In this document: positions 35,362 through 35,501 of the stretch, in pieces
Numbering within the stretch: the stretch's first letter is position 1
Layout of the letters: each line of letters opens with the position of its first letter
Source of the DNA: Candidatus Iainarchaeum sp.
GTDB lineage: Archaea; Iainarchaeota; Iainarchaeia; Iainarchaeales; JAFCCJ01
Length of the DNA: 35,501 nt
Reading direction: 5' to 3'
NCBI GenBank assembly: GCA_043816965.1
Contig: JBDRHK010000022.1
Coordinates: 1-35,501, forward strand
The notes under the pieces: model-generated
Told to the model about the DNA's origin: nothing
The model's database searches: none
Seen by the model: the letters and a program-made list of their open reading frames with translations, nothing else
Program-made: the position numbers and the translations under genes

Positions 35362-35501
35362 GGCTTCATTGAAAGTCTCACCCTAGCCTGATGTTGTCTG
35401 CTATCATGCGCAGCAGTACCTCTTTTCGTTGCTGTATTGTGGTGCGGGAGTATAGGTGTGCTCCGTAGCGTTGTTTGAGTCTGCCTATGGCAGACTCTAT
35501 G
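35362..35501 (-). mobile_element. Right end of an IS5-family (IS903-like) element, truncated by window edge
   Basis: Terminus GGCTTCATTGAAAGTCTC (35362-35379) resembles the IS903-type IR GGCTTTGTTGAA. The transposase stop overlaps it. Confidence 0.72.
35378..35500 (-). CDS. DDE transposase C-terminus (partial)
   Basis: IESAIGRLKQRYGAHLYSRTTIQQRKEVLLRMIADNIRLG: E-x6-K signature and the IS5-like SR...Q..E...NI tail. Confidence 0.75.
   Translation of the reverse strand: MESAIGRLKQRYGAHLYSRTTIQQRKEVLLRMIADNIRLG

Noticed and set aside
35345..35370. Conserved programmed frameshift as the normal mode of thpR expression
   Set aside because: The out-of-frame ATG lies within the IS terminal repeat, so insertion explains the pattern more simply. 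The heptamer is not a canonical X XXY YYZ.

Overview
Archaeal chromosomal window, most likely DPANN (Diapherotrites/Iainarchaeota-like; this is inferred from gene content, not tested). Housekeeping genes are tmk, dnaG, hjc, pth2, rpoK, rps17e, EF-1beta, cca, an RbgA-like GTPase and three tRNAs (Gly-CCC, Gly-GCC, and Arg-TCG with a BHB intron). DNA end-repair genes are nurA, herA, rad50 and a degenerate PolB2-like gene. Accessory content includes two PIN toxin modules, two free-standing LAGLIDADG genes abutting tRNAs, a dockerin-cohesin-cohesin-transglutaminase surface operon, and the end of an IS5-like element that removes the start of thpR. The strongest unexplained signal is an exact 12-mer, CGCACCGGAAAC, found five times. 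Each copy is on the coding strand 56-61 bp before an ATG and just ahead of a BRE/TATA-like element. The five genes are both LAGLIDADG genes, a PIN nuclease, nurA and the PolB2-like gene, which points to a candidate undescribed regulon (possibly DNA damage) or a mobile promoter/recombination unit.
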